From contig JBFMBX010000003.1 of assembly GCA_040754815.1 (NCBI GenBank), positions 346,329 through 410,328 of the forward strand: DNA of 64,000 bases. Reading direction: 5' to 3'. This DNA is from Chloroflexota bacterium. Its GTDB lineage: Bacteria; Chloroflexota; Anaerolineae; Anaerolineales; Anaerolineaceae. Below are positions 29,060 to 39,142 of the stretch, in pieces. The position numbers were made by a program, and so were the translations under genes. Position 1 is the stretch's first letter; each line of letters begins with the position of its first letter. Under the pieces are notes generated by a model that was not told the DNA's origin, did no database searches, and saw nothing but the letters and a program-made list of their open reading frames with translations.

Positions 29060-30265
29060 TTATAGAATATTTTTATAATTTCTTTGGTTAATTGCATCCA
29101 AATATACTTGTTCCAACCTTTTTCCAATTTTTAACCAGGAATGTTCATCTTCAACATACTTGCGGCCTGAATTACCTATTTTTGCGCTCAGGTCGTGATT
29201 GGTCAGTAAAGAGATGATATGTTCTACAAAATGGTTTGTGTCCTCAGCAATCATTAACTGATTCCCGTGAGTAACTTTTAATGCTGAAGCCGCTAAGGGC
29301 GAAGCAATAACAGGGGTTGCACAAGCCATTGCTTCGAGTACTTTGTTTTGAACACCCGCCCCATAATTTAAAGGCGCTAAGGCCAAAGCGGCACTTTGTA
29401 AATATGATTTTAATTCCGGGACTGAGCCTGTTATTTTGATCATGCGATTATCAGAAAATTTTTGTAAATATGAGGGAGGATCTTTACCCACTATCCACAA
29501 TTCAATCTCTGAATTATGTTTCCAAACTTGCGGCATGATTTCTTCGATAGCATATATAGCCATGTTGATATTGGCGTGATAACTCATTTTCCCGCTGATA
29601 AGAATCGTATTCTTATTTCTGTTTTCATAGGGTACCGGAGAGAAATATTCAAGATCCACGCCATTGGTTACCACTTCAACCGGACTGTCGGGCATCATGT
29701 TTAAGAATTGCCGCTGATCAATTGAAGAGGTTACGAGGACAGAATCAAATTTTTTCAAAAGGAATTTCTCATACCTTTTTGTGCGGGCGAGTTCAAATGT
29801 GATCAAAAAGCGGATCAATTTGTTAGGGTGTTTTTTCTTTGTTTGCTCAAAAAGATGAGAAATTGAATCGACACTATCCCATATTACCGGAATTGAAAAA
29901 TGATTTTTGATAAACATCGCATACTTGGCTGCACGCAGATGTTCGACATGAACGACATCAATTTGTTGGTTTTGTAAAATATCTTTTATGGATTTTGCAA
30001 GTTCTTTTTTCCAGCTATAAACTGCCTGGAGAGGTTGATCGGTCGGAATTGCTTTAATGCAATTAAACAAAGAATCCCATCGCGATAAATTAACCGACTT
30101 CTTTTTATGTAAAGGAAAAGTATTTAATTTTTCGTCATGAATATCTTTTTCGAGGATGTAAAGTAAATTTACCTGATGTCCCAATTCTAACAATGTACGG
30201 ATAAGATTCAACGATCTAACCCGAATGGGGCTTGGCGTATAAGGAACAACAAAAAGAATGTTCAT
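29060..30265 (-). CDS. GT4 glycosyltransferase
   Basis: GT-B fold; VVTNGVD, GAGVQNKVLEAMACATPV. Confidence 0.9.
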   Translation of the reverse strand: MNILFVVPYTPSPIRVRSLNLIRTLLELGHQVNLLYILEKDIHDEKLNTFPLHKKKSVNLSRWDSLFNCIKAIPTDQPLQAVYSWKKELAKSIKDILQNQQIDVVHVEHLRAAKYAMFIKNHFSIPVIWDSVDSISHLFEQTKKKHPNKLIRFLITFELARTKRYEKFLLKKFDSVLVTSSIDQRQFLNMMPDSPVEVVTNGVDLEYFSPVPYENRNKNTILISGKMSYHANINMAIYAIEEIMPQVWKHNSEIELWIVGKDPPSYLQKFSDNRMIKITGSVPELKSYLQSAALALAPLNYGAGVQNKVLEAMACATPVIASPLAASALKVTHGNQLMIAEDTNHFVEHIISLLTNHDLSAKIGNSGRKYVEDEHSWLKIGKRLEQVYLDAINQRNYKNIL

Positions 30266-31596
30266 ATATTTGTAGGGTTTGCTCTTTTATTGACAAAATT
30301 CAAAATATTCTGGATTCCAATTGCGGCAAACAAAATTAATACCGCATCAACCGGCAGGCGGTAGCGGATTAATGTCCAGGTAAAAATATGAATCAAGCTA
30401 TAAATTACAACAAAAACTAACAATAATATCTTTGGAGAAGAAATGGAAAAATTATCTTTGAAACCCAAAAGTGTCGAAACGGTTCCGCATATCATAAAGG
30501 GAAGAAGGATTCCAAAGCTGGCCAGTCTGGAAAGGTTGCTGAGAATAGAAGAAGATGGAGATGGCCAAAACATAAAATAAATTGGAATTCTACTCAAGGA
30601 AAGAAATAAATAGCGCACCGGATCCTGAATAACAAATTCTAAGCCGCGTTTTAATAGCTCTCGATCCAGAGCAGCTTCATTCAAACCATATAATTCTTTG
30701 GGAAGTAAATCAAGGTAGGTTGATTTTGTTAAAATGCCTTCGAAATGTGTGCCGTAAATAGGGTGGTTTGCCCAGTAAAAAGCAAAGCCGGCATTTGTAT
30801 TCAGTAAAACAAATTGATTAAATCGTAAGTAATTTAGAATTGTGATGGGGAAGATCAACAAAAAAGTAATTGTTAAGCTTAGGGCAGCAAACTTGATGCT
30901 TTTTCCAAAGTTCTTCTTTCCCAAAGATAAAATTATCCAAAAGTAAAGAAAGGGCAAAAAAAGCAGAAATACCTGTCTCAACAGGATAGTAATAAAAGAT
31001 GTTATGCTTATCAAAAATATGAAAAGCAAAAAACTTTTCCTGTCATTGGAAATTTGATCGAAGTTTTTTACAAGCAAAATGGCCAACAATAAAATAAGCA
31101 ATATGCCTGTAATATAAAAAGGCTCGGTCATGAGGGTTGCAGAATAATAAATAAAGTATATATAGAGAGAAGAGATGGCAGCGGCAAGCAAGCCGATTTT
31201 TTCACTGAAAGCATGTTTTCCAATTTGGTAAACCAAAACCGGATGAAGAAAACCAACAATCAACACCTGGATAAGCCGAACCATCAAGGGTTGCGGGCCG
31301 AAAACCCAATAAATGGCAGCCACAAAAATCGAATAAAAATAACTCCAATGGGCAGTTGGTTCACCCGCAGGTGTTGCCGGCCACCACGGCCGATCAAAGG
31401 TGAAGCCATAACCGTTTGCTATCCGGATTCCTAAATTGTGATAACTGATTTGATCGGAAACTCCCGGTAAATCGCTGATCTGATTTCCAAGCAATATGGC
31501 TGACCCTATCCTTATCAGGATGGAAAAGGAAATAATGATAATTAGAATTTTGGGAGTGTTTTTATTGTCGGCGAGCCAAATTATTAATTTTTTCAT
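30262..31596 (-). CDS. GT-C (ArnT/PMT-like) membrane glycosyltransferase
   Basis: About 11 TM helices, N-terminal loop DQISYH, LMTEPFY, large C-terminal external loop. Confidence 0.7.
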   Translation of the reverse strand: MKKLIIWLADNKNTPKILIIIISFSILIRIGSAILLGNQISDLPGVSDQISYHNLGIRIANGYGFTFDRPWWPATPAGEPTAHWSYFYSIFVAAIYWVFGPQPLMVRLIQVLIVGFLHPVLVYQIGKHAFSEKIGLLAAAISSLYIYFIYYSATLMTEPFYITGILLILLLAILLVKNFDQISNDRKSFLLFIFLISITSFITILLRQVFLLFLPFLYFWIILSLGKKNFGKSIKFAALSLTITFLLIFPITILNYLRFNQFVLLNTNAGFAFYWANHPIYGTHFEGILTKSTYLDLLPKELYGLNEAALDRELLKRGLEFVIQDPVRYLFLSLSRIPIYFMFWPSPSSSILSNLSRLASFGILLPFMICGTVSTLLGFKDNFSISSPKILLLVFVVIYSLIHIFTWTLIRYRLPVDAVLILFAAIGIQNILNFVNKRANPTNI

Positions 31597-32804
31597 CAGT
31601 TTTTATAGATCGTTTCAAGTTCTTGTAGTGAGATTTTCCAATCGTATTTTGATGTCACCAGATTGCGCGCATTGATGGCCAGTTGCTCTTGAAGTTGAAA
31701 ATCTTGCAGAAGACGAATCACTGCTTGCGCAAAATTTTCGGGAGTATCTTCAACAAGAACCTCGATGCCATCGGTTGCGGAAATTCCTTCTAAACCAATG
31801 GTCGTGGTTACCACCGGAATCCCTCTGGAAAATGCCTCCAATATTCTGACCCTCATCCCTCCACCTGCCAGTACCGGTACAACCATAAGGGCGGAATTTT
31901 CCAGATAGGGAATCAGGTCTTCCACATAACCCGTTATTTGCACCTCATTATGAAAATCTTTGGCAAGGTCAAAAAAATCTTTGGGAGGATTTTTACCAAT
32001 CACCGTAAGGGTTACTTCTGGTTTTTGTCTTTTTATAATGGGGAATACCTCTCGTAGAAACCAGCGTACTCCGTCTGCGTTTGGTGGATAGTTTAAAGAT
32101 GCAACGGTAAGTATGTGATTGGAGTCTGGCTTCCGTTTTACTGGCCTGAGAAGATCTGTGTTGACTGCAATTGGAATCACATGCACTTTTGAGTTATTGT
32201 GGTGACCGTTTTTACCCTTGAGGATTAAGTTTTTGTCAATTTCAGTTACAGTTATAACGTGATCAAATTCTTCAACCAGCCTGTTTTCATAAGCCTTCAT
32301 TCTATGGACTTCTAAAGATAAAAACGGTCTGAGGGCTAGCGGAATTTTATGGCGCATTCGATCCAATATGACCCATGTTGCGTTGTGAGCATCGAAAATT
32401 GTTTTGATCCTTTTTGAATCTAAAAAAGATTTGGATATAAATTGAGCCATATTAACCTGATCTACGTGGATTGCATCGTAGTGATGGGTTGTTAGCAATT
32501 CTGTCGTTGTTTTTGCCATTAAGGGACGGAAATCACGTTCAATTAAAAAAGGAGTTCTTTTTATTTGACTCCTCAACAATGCCCGCACTTCCTCGATTCT
32601 GGTTCGTTTTATCGGAATTGGGATGATTTGTTGACATACCTCACTGAGTTTGGAGAGATGTTTTTCCTCATCTTTGCGGACGAAGGAAAGAAGAGTGATA
32701 TCGTGACCACTGTTTGCAAGATACTGTAATACATGCCATGTTTTAATCCGCGGCCCAGCATCCGGCGGGTAAGGGATAATTTGAGTTAGGAAAAGAATTT
32801 TCAT
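31596..32804 (-). CDS. GT4 glycosyltransferase
   Basis: PYPPDAGPRIKTW, LNYPPNADGVRWF, GGGMRVRILEAFSRG. Confidence 0.9.
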   Translation of the reverse strand: MKILFLTQIIPYPPDAGPRIKTWHVLQYLANSGHDITLLSFVRKDEEKHLSKLSEVCQQIIPIPIKRTRIEEVRALLRSQIKRTPFLIERDFRPLMAKTTTELLTTHHYDAIHVDQVNMAQFISKSFLDSKRIKTIFDAHNATWVILDRMRHKIPLALRPFLSLEVHRMKAYENRLVEEFDHVITVTEIDKNLILKGKNGHHNNSKVHVIPIAVNTDLLRPVKRKPDSNHILTVASLNYPPNADGVRWFLREVFPIIKRQKPEVTLTVIGKNPPKDFFDLAKDFHNEVQITGYVEDLIPYLENSALMVVPVLAGGGMRVRILEAFSRGIPVVTTTIGLEGISATDGIEVLVEDTPENFAQAVIRLLQDFQLQEQLAINARNLVTSKYDWKISLQELETIYKN

Positions 32805-32810
32805 ATTAAT

Positions 32811-33743
32811 TTAAAAATTCGTTAAATGGCTCAGTAAGGTTTGATAATTCTTTTGTAATTTAATGTTTATGGCTTTGTTCTGTGGTTTAAAGATAGAATT
32901 AACCGGCAAGAGCAATAGACGAAAGGACGATGCAACCAGCAAGATGGTCTTATATAAAAATACTGTAACTTGGCTGTAGTGTTTTTTAAAGAATTGAATT
33001 TTTGCACGATAAAGCTGTAAAAACATTTCTTGTGCAAATTGTGACGTGCTTTGACCGCCAAAATGGATTATTTTTGATGAGGGAACCCAGAAGCGTTCAA
33101 ATCCTTCTTTTTTCATGCGATAGCAAAAATCAACTTCTTCTGAGTACATAAAAAACGAATCGTCGAAACCGCCTAATTTTTCCCAAACCGAGCGTTTAAC
33201 CATCAGACTTGTGCCTTGAATTACATCCACTTTGCGGGGTTTGTTTTTATCCCACGTTGATTGGGGGTATGAACCATAGTGAAAGATTTTATCCAGATGG
33301 AATAATCGCCATGCTTCTCTGCTTAATGTGGGGAAGGGAAAGCAGGATGGTTGAAGCGTTCCATCGGGATTTTTAAGATCAGAACCCGCTGCGCCTGCAC
33401 TTTGATTTGAAACTAAAAAAGAGTGAAGTTCCTGAATGGCGTTATCCAGAACAAGGGTATCGGGGTTGAGAAGGTAAAGAAAATTACTTCTTGCAAAGGT
33501 TGCTCCGAGGTTGTTTGCTGCAGCAAACCCCATATTTCTGCCGGAATCGATCAGACGCACTTGCGGGAAATTTTCCTGAACCTTAGGGATTGTATCATCG
33601 GTAGAGTTATTATCAACCACGATGACTTCGAATGGAATGTTGCATTGATGGTCATAAAGGCTTTTCAGACAACCCAGTAAAAATTTGCTGACATTATATG
33701 AAACAATAATGACGGATACTGCCGGTGATTGATTATTGGTCAT
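32811..33743 (-). CDS. GT2 glycosyltransferase
   Basis: VSVIIVSYN, VVDNNSTD, GFAAANN, LLNPDT, FMYSEEVDFC. Confidence 0.92.
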   Translation of the reverse strand: MTNNQSPAVSVIIVSYNVSKFLLGCLKSLYDHQCNIPFEVIVVDNNSTDDTIPKVQENFPQVRLIDSGRNMGFAAANNLGATFARSNFLYLLNPDTLVLDNAIQELHSFLVSNQSAGAAGSDLKNPDGTLQPSCFPFPTLSREAWRLFHLDKIFHYGSYPQSTWDKNKPRKVDVIQGTSLMVKRSVWEKLGGFDDSFFMYSEEVDFCYRMKKEGFERFWVPSSKIIHFGGQSTSQFAQEMFLQLYRAKIQFFKKHYSQVTVFLYKTILLVASSFRLLLLPVNSIFKPQNKAINIKLQKNYQTLLSHLTNF

Positions 33744-35151
33744 GGGGGGTAGTATTTTTCAGTTTCAATTCTACAAAGACTAATGCGCCCATAAAAAACC
33801 AGCCCAAGACACTGGCGCGAAATCCTTCCATACCCACGTTATAAACAAACGGAATTACCCAATCCCCAAACATTCCTGCTATCAAAATTCCAATAATTCC
33901 ACCCAATGCGGAATAAACAAAGGCATATTCAAAATTTTTCTTAACAAGCAAGGCTCGGGTACGCCAACCGGAAAGGAATACTTCCAGAATAATCCACAAA
34001 TAAGCAAAAAGACCGAGTAAACCAACCTGAGCAACTATGTCAATGTAGTTGTTGTGGGAGTTGAAGTTTACGGAATAACCCAAAATCCTGTAGAATGGTG
34101 TGAAAAAATAGTAATTGGAAGGGCCGAGACCAAAGAGGGGGTTGACTTTTATTATTTCTCCGAGGATTTTCCATGCTTCAATTCTCGTCAATAAACTGTA
34201 TTCATTATCTCCCCCCATGACCAGTTCGTTTGCGATTTGAGATGAGATGAGTAAAAATATTCCCCCTAAACCAACCATCGCAAACGCTAATTTGGGCTTT
34301 ATTATTAAAACTATAAAAAATACAGAAGCCAGGGCAGGTAACCAGCCTGAAGTCCATGATTGTCTGATTACTAAAAGGTTATACAAAATAACAGAAAAAC
34401 TCACCATTAACAGTAGTTTCAACTTGAAATTCAATTCACTATTGAGAAATGCCTGTCCAAAAGTTAATACCAGTAACCAGCACCAGAAAAGACTGTCCAC
34501 CACAGCGCGTTGAAAGGTTCGATTGATGTAAGGCCTAAGTTGTGGAACAAGAAACGCTAAATTATAAAGACCACCAAGGATAATCAATGACCAGACCGCA
34601 AATTTTAGCCAGCGGATCTCTGACAGGCGATGAACAGTAACTATTAAAGTGAGTGTAAGAAGGATGAATAAACTCAAACCACCAATTTGCGAAAAAAGGG
34701 AAGCAGACCTGCCCGGATACCATGGAAATTGTCCAAATAAAAAGGCAATACACGCAATTGCTATAAATAGCAATGATGGAGTAATTACGCGAGCTGGAAG
34801 TAATTTAATTTCTCTTTCGCGACTAATCATATCAAATAACCAGAGTCCAATTAGCGCGATTGAAACAATCATGGAACCATTGATACTGGTTTGTGTTCCA
34901 GTACTGATTCGTATGGGGATAATAAGGCTTGTTGTTACCAGAATTGGGAATCCGGCGCCGGGCCATTCCAGCAGAACAAAAACGCCGATTATTGCTGCAA
35001 TTCCTCCAAAAATTAAATAAGCAAAAATACTCCCCACGGCTAAAAGTGGAGAGATTAGCGCCGATAAAATCAGCACTACGGGAACGATAATCCACCGAAA
35101 CAGGGGATGTTCCGGGGAAAATGGAAAGGGTGGAGGGGGGGACATTTTCAT
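33733..35151 (-). CDS. O-antigen ligase / Wzy polymerase / oligosaccharyltransferase-like membrane protein
   Basis: About 12 TM helices, TRIEAW...NPLFGLGP, SHNNYIDIVAQVGLLG; ATG 35151 forms an ATGA overlap. Confidence 0.8.
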   Translation of the reverse strand: MKMSPPPPFPFSPEHPLFRWIIVPVVLILSALISPLLAVGSIFAYLIFGGIAAIIGVFVLLEWPGAGFPILVTTSLIIPIRISTGTQTSINGSMIVSIALIGLWLFDMISREREIKLLPARVITPSLLFIAIACIAFLFGQFPWYPGRSASLFSQIGGLSLFILLTLTLIVTVHRLSEIRWLKFAVWSLIILGGLYNLAFLVPQLRPYINRTFQRAVVDSLFWCWLLVLTFGQAFLNSELNFKLKLLLMVSFSVILYNLLVIRQSWTSGWLPALASVFFIVLIIKPKLAFAMVGLGGIFLLISSQIANELVMGGDNEYSLLTRIEAWKILGEIIKVNPLFGLGPSNYYFFTPFYRILGYSVNFNSHNNYIDIVAQVGLLGLFAYLWIILEVFLSGWRTRALLVKKNFEYAFVYSALGGIIGILIAGMFGDWVIPFVYNVGMEGFRASVLGWFFMGALVFVELKLKNTTPHDQ

Positions 35152-36344
35152 TGCTGAATTGTCAAGTTTTTTATTGCCCTGTTTAACTTTTCGCCAATGA
35201 TTCGCCAATCATAACAGGTTTCGACCAGTTTTCGCGCTTCTCTGGTTAGTCTATCCTTGAGTTGTGTATTTCTTAAAACCTGTATCGTCGCAGAAGCAAA
35301 CTCGTGAGGGTTATCTTTGATCAGCAGATGTTGATCATTGATCACCTCTAGACCTTCGGCACCTTTGGAGGTGGTTATAACGGGTGTTCCAACCGCCATT
35401 GCTTCGAGTATTTTTAATCGTGTTCCTGCCCCGTGTCTTAATGGAATTACACAAGCATCACATGAAGATACGAGCGAATTGATATCCTCAACAAAACCCG
35501 TAAATACAACCTTTTCATTAATGGAGGGTAATTTTTCAACATTATCGGTTTTACCAGTGATCAGCAATTGACAATCCGGGATTTCTTCTAGGATGAGCGG
35601 GAAAATCTCGGAGATAAAATAATTCATTGCGTCAAAATTTGGCCAATAGGATAAAGATCCATTGAATATAATTCGCGGTGATGTTGATGAAATAGAGTGG
35701 TTCTTTTGATGATTAACTTCCACGCCGTTGGGAATTGAAATGATTTTATTCTGATCGAGTTGAATATAATTGCGAGACCGAATCTTATCTAATTCCGAGC
35801 AGACTAAAGCAAGATCGAATTTACGATAAATTTTGTTTTCATAGTTCTTGAATTTCCAGTACGCAAGATAACGTCTAATTTTTTCAATCCCTCCCTTACT
35901 CTCTTTGTAAAGATCTTTCAACATAAGCGCTAAAAGATTGTCCATATCCACGACATGAAAGATATCGGGAATTTGAAGCGCATAAGGTGCGGTCACAAAA
36001 GTCAGAGCAAAAGCCATATCAGGTTTCCAGGTTTCTGCAATTTTCTGTACCTTTTCCCTCATTTCTCTGGAATAACCGGCTACAACCGCACTGGGCAGAG
36101 GGGAGAAAAATCCCAGAAACTTTCTGAACCTGGAGTAGTCAAAGGGTTTTCTATTGACAATAACAATTTCGTTGCAATAAGTTTTTAAATGAGTTATCCA
36201 TTGTTTCTCAACTGGATTATCGCAGAATGAAATCAGATAGATCTCGTTTTCCTCACTCAAGCTCCTGAGGAGGTTGTATGCCCGAATTTTACTGCCTTGT
36301 GTTGGCGGATATGGAAACCAGGTTGTGAGATAAAGGATTTTCAT
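35148..36344 (-). CDS. GT4 glycosyltransferase
   Basis: PYPPTQGSKIRAY, GSLSYWPNFDA, GAGTRLKILEAMAVG. Confidence 0.9.
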   Translation of the reverse strand: MKILYLTTWFPYPPTQGSKIRAYNLLRSLSEENEIYLISFCDNPVEKQWITHLKTYCNEIVIVNRKPFDYSRFRKFLGFFSPLPSAVVAGYSREMREKVQKIAETWKPDMAFALTFVTAPYALQIPDIFHVVDMDNLLALMLKDLYKESKGGIEKIRRYLAYWKFKNYENKIYRKFDLALVCSELDKIRSRNYIQLDQNKIISIPNGVEVNHQKNHSISSTSPRIIFNGSLSYWPNFDAMNYFISEIFPLILEEIPDCQLLITGKTDNVEKLPSINEKVVFTGFVEDINSLVSSCDACVIPLRHGAGTRLKILEAMAVGTPVITTSKGAEGLEVINDQHLLIKDNPHEFASATIQVLRNTQLKDRLTREARKLVETCYDWRIIGEKLNRAIKNLTIQQ

Positions 36345-36368
36345 TTAATTGACGGTATCTTTTTATTC

Positions 36369-37178
36369 CTAATCTTCAAAAAATGCGGCCCATTCAGTGT
36401 TATTAAACCTTGATTTTAAGTCCTCATAATTTTCTATGATTTGAGATAAAGGTTGCTGAATCTGTTTGTGAGTTTGGGCTTTTACCGGAACTTTCGAAAG
36501 GTTTAAGAATTTCTGGATTTTTTGAATTTCTGCGTCGGTATTTTGAGACAGGTGTTCATAAATAACTTCAATTTTGGGGTGGTCACAAAAAAATTCATCA
36601 GCTTCATTTTCCCATGCCCGCGTTTGTATAAAGTCTTTCAATAAAGATTCATAATCCAGTTTATAAGTTTGGACCTGAATATTTTTACCATCCGTATTAA
36701 CCCATTGTCCGGTCTTGAGAGCATTTTCACGCGATAAATGCGTTCTTAGAATATTTTTTCGTTTGATGTGGACGATGTGAATATCTTTTTGTTTCTTCAA
36801 TTCTTCCCATAACTGAGAGAAAGGAAACTCTCTCGCGTGGTAATAAAACAACTTGAAACCGACAGCCTTAATGCCGGCATGAACTTTATTAAAAACAATC
36901 TTCTTCAGAAAGGAAATCGGATCGTTCTGGTAAATTTTCAGAATCTTTGGAGATAATTGAAATTGCGGATGGTCAAAGTCAATGGTATCGGTATTACGAA
37001 AGATTTCACCCAGAACAAGGACTTCGGGATGCGAAAAGAGCAGGCTGCGAAGAAAATTACTACCCGTACGAGATCTTCCTAATATGATAAATTTCGTATA
37101 GTCGAGAGTATTGGATAAAAAACCGAGTTGAAGAGCGATATTTTTTAATGGGGAATGGGGAGATAATAATTTTTTCAC
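36369..37178 (-). CDS. Stf0-like sulfotransferase
   Basis: PAPS loop GRSRTGSNFL, GFKLF, HIKRKNILRTHLS, YEHL. Confidence 0.8.
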   Translation of the reverse strand: MKKLLSPHSPLKNIALQLGFLSNTLDYTKFIILGRSRTGSNFLRSLLFSHPEVLVLGEIFRNTDTIDFDHPQFQLSPKILKIYQNDPISFLKKIVFNKVHAGIKAVGFKLFYYHAREFPFSQLWEELKKQKDIHIVHIKRKNILRTHLSRENALKTGQWVNTDGKNIQVQTYKLDYESLLKDFIQTRAWENEADEFFCDHPKIEVIYEHLSQNTDAEIQKIQKFLNLSKVPVKAQTHKQIQQPLSQIIENYEDLKSRFNNTEWAAFFED

Positions 37179-37216
37179 AATTTTGTCCGATTATTGAAAG
37201 GCTGATGGGGGGGGTG

Positions 37217-38137
37217 CTAATTCAGCGATTTTATTTTCCTTCTCATTCCTAGATTACCGGAATAATAATCTAGCAGACCTTGTAGCAATGCATTGCGATG
37301 TGCTTTCTTATCTTTCCATTTTGGAAAGAATGTCCACGCAAATAGGGTTCGAAAGAGAGAAGCATTAACCATTAATTTTGAAGTCAATGGAGCGTGATGC
37401 TTATATAGAGTAAGCAGGCGATTCCGAGCTGCATAATAGGTTACGTTTGGCGATGGTTGATAATCTCTTTGAACACCTTTGTGCCAGATTTTCGCCTGGG
37501 GAATGAGCCAGATTCCCCAGCCGGCTTTCCGAGCGCGTATACACCATTCGGTTTCTTCCCAGTAATAAAAATATCTTTCGTCCAATCCTCCGATTTTTTC
37601 AATCACTTCTCTTTTGAGCATTATTGCACAACCGGAAATCCAATCTACCTGATGGGGTTGTGAATACTGACCAACATCTGGTTCGTTTTCTCCAATATGG
37701 ATGGCTCGCCAGTCTGAAGTTAATTTCCCGCCTGCGCTTTGAATTAGCTGTGGCTCATTATAGTGATAAACCATTGGTCCAACTACACCGGCGCGAGGGT
37801 TTGTTTCTCCAAATGCAACGAGATGGGAAATTGATTCTGGATCAATAATGATATCTTCGTTGATCACGAAGATATAATCCGCACCTTCATCCAAGGCAAG
37901 TTGGATGCCGGTATTGTTATTTCCCGCGTACCCCTTGTTTTCTTTCAGATGGATTATTTTTGTAGAGGGGTACTTTTCACGGATTGCTTCTATGGAACCA
38001 TCTTTTGATGAGTTATCCAATACCCAAACGATGATGTTGGGATAATTGTTTAGTTGCAGTGATGCGAGACAGGCCAGCGTATCTTCTTTGCGGTTAGTAT
38101 TCAAGATAATAACGCCAACGAGAGGGTTAATTTTCAT
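37217..38137 (-). CDS. GT2 glycosyltransferase
   Basis: VIILNTN, VLDNSSKDGS, GYAGNNN, INEDI, YYWEETEWC; ATG 38137 forms an ATGA overlap. Confidence 0.92.
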   Translation of the reverse strand: MKINPLVGVIILNTNRKEDTLACLASLQLNNYPNIIVWVLDNSSKDGSIEAIREKYPSTKIIHLKENKGYAGNNNTGIQLALDEGADYIFVINEDIIIDPESISHLVAFGETNPRAGVVGPMVYHYNEPQLIQSAGGKLTSDWRAIHIGENEPDVGQYSQPHQVDWISGCAIMLKREVIEKIGGLDERYFYYWEETEWCIRARKAGWGIWLIPQAKIWHKGVQRDYQPSPNVTYYAARNRLLTLYKHHAPLTSKLMVNASLFRTLFAWTFFPKWKDKKAHRNALLQGLLDYYSGNLGMRRKIKSLN

Positions 38138-39129
38138 TCTACCCACGCAGAAGGCAAGTTTTTCATGATCTCAATATTGCTAAATTTTTGAGATTGCCGG
38201 GAACCAGCTTTTTTCACCCAACAGGCCATAAGATCCAGCCCTTCCTCAAGAGAGGTTGTTGAACGTTTTCCAAAAATTCGTTCAATTTTTTCGTGGCTGG
38301 AATAGGCATCCTTAACTTCGTTGCGTGGCGGCAAATATACGATGTTTGGAGAAACACCCATTGCCCTGGCGACTGCACGAGCGAGCTGGTTGACCGAATA
38401 GGGGGTATCAGCGCCGATATTGAATATCTGATTATACGCCTGGGGAATTTCAATTGACTCAGCCATGAGAGGTGCAACATCACGGATATAACTGAATGCT
38501 CTGGTCTGGTTGCCGTCACCAAAGATGGTCATTGGTTTACCCTGTAAAATCTGATTCATGAAAATTCCAACAACGTTTCGATATTTATCCCCAATATTTT
38601 GCCTTTCTCCATAAACATTATGTGGGCGAAAAATAATGTAATTGAGTCCGAACATCTCGTGACTGACTCTTAATTCCTGTTCAACGGCGAATTTCGCGAT
38701 TCCATACGGATCTTCAGGATGGGGGGAATCTTCTTCGCTCATGGGTAATTTTGGACTGGCTCCATAGACAGCAATTGATGAAGTAAAAACAAAACATTTA
38801 ACATCGTGGTTAATAGAGGCGTTTATCAGATTAACACTTCCAATGAGATTATTTGTGTAATTGAAGTGTTTTATAAAATGGCTCAGTCCCTCGGCGGCAT
38901 AAGCGGCGAGGTGAAAAACATAATCGAACCGCTCGGTTTTGAAGAGGTTCTTCACCAACTCACCGTCGGTTATGCTCCCCTTGATGAAATGTACACCGTC
39001 AACAAGGTTGTCTTCAAAACCACCGGATAAATCATCTAACACATATACCTCATATCCTCGATTGAGTAACTGCTCACTCAGGTGAGAACCGATGAAACCT
39101 GCACCACCTGTGACTAAAACTTTGCTCAT
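38134..39129 (-). CDS. NAD-dependent nucleotide-sugar epimerase/dehydratase
   Basis: TGGAGFIGSH, FTSSIAVYG, YGIAK (YxxxK), NVYGERQ. Confidence 0.92.
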   Translation of the reverse strand: MSKVLVTGGAGFIGSHLSEQLLNRGYEVYVLDDLSGGFEDNLVDGVHFIKGSITDGELVKNLFKTERFDYVFHLAAYAAEGLSHFIKHFNYTNNLIGSVNLINASINHDVKCFVFTSSIAVYGASPKLPMSEEDSPHPEDPYGIAKFAVEQELRVSHEMFGLNYIIFRPHNVYGERQNIGDKYRNVVGIFMNQILQGKPMTIFGDGNQTRAFSYIRDVAPLMAESIEIPQAYNQIFNIGADTPYSVNQLARAVARAMGVSPNIVYLPPRNEVKDAYSSHEKIERIFGKRSTTSLEEGLDLMACWVKKAGSRQSQKFSNIEIMKNLPSAWVE

Positions 39130-39142
39130 GTTATTTCCTCGA

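Noticed and set aside
37207-37214. Intergenic G8 tract upstream of a sulfotransferase as a phase-variation switch
   Set aside because: Short, outside coding sequence and not in an identifiable promoter spacer; needs read-level length variation to support it
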